Assembly (NCBI GenBank): GCA_050947035.1
Contig: JBMNVW010000001.1
Span: forward strand, 1 to 46,966
Length of the DNA: 46,966 bases
Direction: 5' to 3'
Source: Patescibacteria group bacterium
Lineage (GTDB): Bacteria > Patescibacteriota > Microgenomatia > 0-14-0-10-38-17
The notes under the pieces are model-generated. The model searched no databases and was not told the origin of the DNA. It worked only from the letters and a program-made list of their open reading frames with translations. This document shows, piece after piece, positions 44,571-46,966 of this stretch; the stretch's first letter is position 1; each line of letters begins with the position of its first letter. A program made the translations under genes and the position numbers.

Positions 44571-44659
44571 GCAGCGGACTTTAGTCCGCGCCAAAACCAG
44601 CGCGCAATAAATTGCGCTACTCCGAAAGGAACTGGACTAGCAAACTGTAGATTCGCTAT
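44571..44659. repeat. GTAG-type REP pair plus a degenerate third copy
   Basis: GCAGCGGACTTTAGTCCGCGC (44571-44591) and GCGCGCAATAAATTGCGCTAC (44600-44620). Confidence 0.85.
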
Positions 44660-44685
44660 TCCAAATTTTTAACCGTCAACTAATT

Positions 44686-46368
44686 TTAGGCTTCAATAAT
44701 GGTCAATAATACCATCGGCCGACGACCGGTAGTAGAATAAAAAAACTTCTCCAAGGAATCTTGAATGGCTACTTTTAAATCGCGGGTGCTTATTCCTTTT
44801 CTGGCCCCATTAACAATTCGGCTAATTTCTTTCTGAGCCAAAGAAAGAATCTCTTTGCCATCTTTTATTTGACCATAAACAAAGCCTCGACTTAATACTT
44901 CCGGTTCTTCTATGGTTCGCATTTTGTTTTTGTCCAACATAACCACCGCCGAAACCACCCCTTCTCGCGACAGAATCTCTCGATCTCTTAAAACAACGTT
45001 GCCAACATCGCCAACCCCTAAGCCGTCAACCATAACATCTCGAGCCTCAAATCGGCCGGTAATACTGGCTTTCCCCTGATCAACCTCAATTACATCGCCA
45101 GAGGAAGGCAAAAGAATCTTATTCTCCTGATAGCCTATTCTTTGGGCCAAAAGAGAATATTGCTTCATTTGACGAAAACCGCCCCCGATAGGAAGCAAGA
45201 ATTTAGGTTTAACCAAATTAATCAAAAGGGCCAAATCTCCCCGAGCCCCATGACCAGAAACATGCAAATCCTCAGAAATATCCATATAAGACACTTGAGC
45301 GCCTTGACGCATTAGCAAATCAATGGCCGTTTGAATCGACGACTCATTGCCAGGAATATAATCAGTAGAAAAAACAACAAAATCTTTTGGCTTTATTTTA
45401 ATGTTGTGATGGGTTTGAGAAGCAATACGATCTAATGAAGAACCGCTTTGGGCCTGAGAACCAGCTACCAAAAGAGTAATTTTCTCGTCAGGATAATTAT
45501 TAACTTTCCTCAAATTTATTTCGTCTTCTTTGGGCAAATCAAGATAACCCAATCTTCGCCCAACTTTAACAATTTCAATAATAGACCGACCCACTAAGGC
45601 AATTTTCCGACCAGAAGCCCGGGAAACATCTATAGCAGTTTTCAACCGGCTAATATTAGAAGACATGGTGGTAACAATGAACCTTCCTTCGGCCTTGGCA
45701 ATTTCTCTTTCGAAAATCTCTGTTAAGGCCTGTTCTGAATCGGTATAACCCTCTCTTTCCGAGCGCAGGCAATCAGAAAGCATTAAATCTACCCCCCGTT
45801 CAGAAGCTTTAACCATCTTTTCTACTTCAATTTTAGTTTTATCAATTGGGGTCCAATCGAACTTAAAATCAGAACCGTGATAAATGTTGCCATGGGGGGT
45901 TTTAATAAACATGTGCTGGGCCTCTGGAACAGAATGAGTAACCTGAATAAAATCAATTTCAAAATCACCCAATTTTAGAGTTCTTTTTCTATCAATTAAA
46001 CGTAAATCAGCCTTAATTCGATTTTCTTTTAATTTCCTCTCAGCAATGGCCAAAGCCAGTTTTGAAGCAAAAACTGGCACCTTGGGCAATTGAGGTAACA
46101 AAAAGGGCAGAGCCCCAAAGTGATCTTCGTGACCATGGGAAATAATAATGCCGCGAATCTTGTCTTTTTTATTTTTTAAATAACTAATATCAGGAATAAC
46201 TAAATCTACCCCCAACATTTCTTCATCAGGAAAACCAATCCCGCAGTCAACAATTAGGATGTCTTTGGGGGTTTCATAAACAAACATGTTTTTAGTCACC
46301 AAACCAAAGCCCCCCAAAGAAACTATCTTTAACTGGTTTGACTGATTGTTTTTTGTTTTTTTATTCAT
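44686..46368 (-). CDS. rnj: Ribonuclease J
   Basis: SHGHEDHFGA, VTHSVPE, DFKFD, HVSGHG, VDGLGVGDVG, TGRRPMV. Confidence 0.97.
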   Translation of the reverse strand: MNKKTKNNQSNQLKIVSLGGFGLVTKNMFVYETPKDILIVDCGIGFPDEEMLGVDLVIPDISYLKNKKDKIRGIIISHGHEDHFGALPFLLPQLPKVPVFASKLALAIAERKLKENRIKADLRLIDRKRTLKLGDFEIDFIQVTHSVPEAQHMFIKTPHGNIYHGSDFKFDWTPIDKTKIEVEKMVKASERGVDLMLSDCLRSEREGYTDSEQALTEIFEREIAKAEGRFIVTTMSSNISRLKTAIDVSRASGRKIALVGRSIIEIVKVGRRLGYLDLPKEDEINLRKVNNYPDEKITLLVAGSQAQSGSSLDRIASQTHHNIKIKPKDFVVFSTDYIPGNESSIQTAIDLLMRQGAQVSYMDISEDLHVSGHGARGDLALLINLVKPKFLLPIGGGFRQMKQYSLLAQRIGYQENKILLPSSGDVIEVDQGKASITGRFEARDVMVDGLGVGDVGNVVLRDREILSREGVVSAVVMLDKNKMRTIEEPEVLSRGFVYGQIKDGKEILSLAQKEISRIVNGARKGISTRDLKVAIQDSLEKFFYSTTGRRPMVLLTIIEA

Positions 46369-46378
46369 AATCTTTTTT

Positions 46379-46966
46379 TTAAATTAACTTCATTTGTTCT
46401 TTTTCTCTGGCTTTGTTTTCACTGACTGTTTGGCCCTCCTTGTCCTGGGCTTGATTTAGTTTAAGCAAAAACTTGCCTAAATTAACAAAGTCTTCTTCTT
46501 CCAAGGCTTTTATTTTACCATTTCTTAACGACGCCGCCGGATGATACATTGGATAAACAATATACTCCTTATTGCCATAATCAGCAAATCGAGGTTGACC
46601 ATGAACTTGAGAAATCATGCTGCCGGGTAAAAACTTTTCCATCGAAAATCGCCCTAGAGTAACAATAATTTTAGGATCAATTACCTCAATCTGGCGATAA
46701 AGAAAGGGCCGGCAAGCAGCAATTTCTTCTTTTTCTGGATCACGGTTATTGGGCGGACGATGACGCAACATATTAGCAATAAAAACTTCTTCCCGGCTTA
46801 GCCCGGCCAATTCCAAAAGCTGATCCAACAATTTTCCCGCTCGACCGCAAAACGGTATTCCTGTTTGGTCTTCATTAAAACCCGGTGCTTCGCCAATAAA
46901 AAAAACTTGAGCCTCAGGATTACCCTGGCCAGGAACCGACTTATTGGCTGTTTTATAAAGAGGGCA
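46379..46966 (-). CDS. Uracil-DNA glycosylase family 4 (5' end outside the window)
   Basis: Frame is open to the window edge: CPLYKTANKSVPGQG...FFIGEAPG...PFCGRAGKLLD; IVTLGR and YHPAA motifs. Confidence 0.93.
   Translation of the reverse strand, partial: CPLYKTANKSVPGQGNPEAQVFFIGEAPGFNEDQTGIPFCGRAGKLLDQLLELAGLSREEVFIANMLRHRPPNNRDPEKEEIAACRPFLYRQIEVIDPKIIVTLGRFSMEKFLPGSMISQVHGQPRFADYGNKEYIVYPMYHPAASLRNGKIKALEEEDFVNLGKFLLKLNQAQDKEGQTVSENKAREKEQMKLI

Overview
Bacterial chromosomal segment using the standard code (rpoB and rpoC end in TGA). It is most likely Patescibacteria/CPR of Microgenomates type; this is inferred from gene order, AT-rich SD-less starts, an N-terminally short L2 and a short AlaRS. 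The minus strand carries the housekeeping run udg-rnj-proS-ftsK-(rodZ-like)-alaS-(baseplate-J-like)-sortase-yqgF-mltG-rpoB-rpoC-rpsL-rpsG-fusA-tuf-rpsJ // rplC-rplD-rplW-rplB. The S10 operon is split between rpsJ and rplC by a ~15 kb plus-strand island: a four-helix-bundle gene, three large mosaic DUF2341/LamG surface proteins, a decayed RAYT and an intact RAYT (HUH Y1 transposase). Almost every intergenic spacer holds tiny repeat elements from at least five families: GTAG-type REP hairpins with covarying stems, ~80-90 nt GTCAT...ATGAC palindromes, 7-nt and 9-nt periodic arrays flanking four-helix-bundle genes, and 19-40 nt palindromes inserted into the other repeats. Some of these have been recruited into coding sequence (RpoB C-terminus, a LamG linker, the RAYT itself). 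Best candidates for undescribed biology: (i) four-helix-bundle genes enclosed by inverted periodic arms, with gene-less copies of the arms; (ii) a 19-nt micro-element inserted precisely into other repeats; (iii) cassette-like diversification of the LamG paralogs; (iv) an unannotated 23-codon leader ORF plus terminator ahead of rplC. All coordinates and alignments were read by eye; no searches were run.
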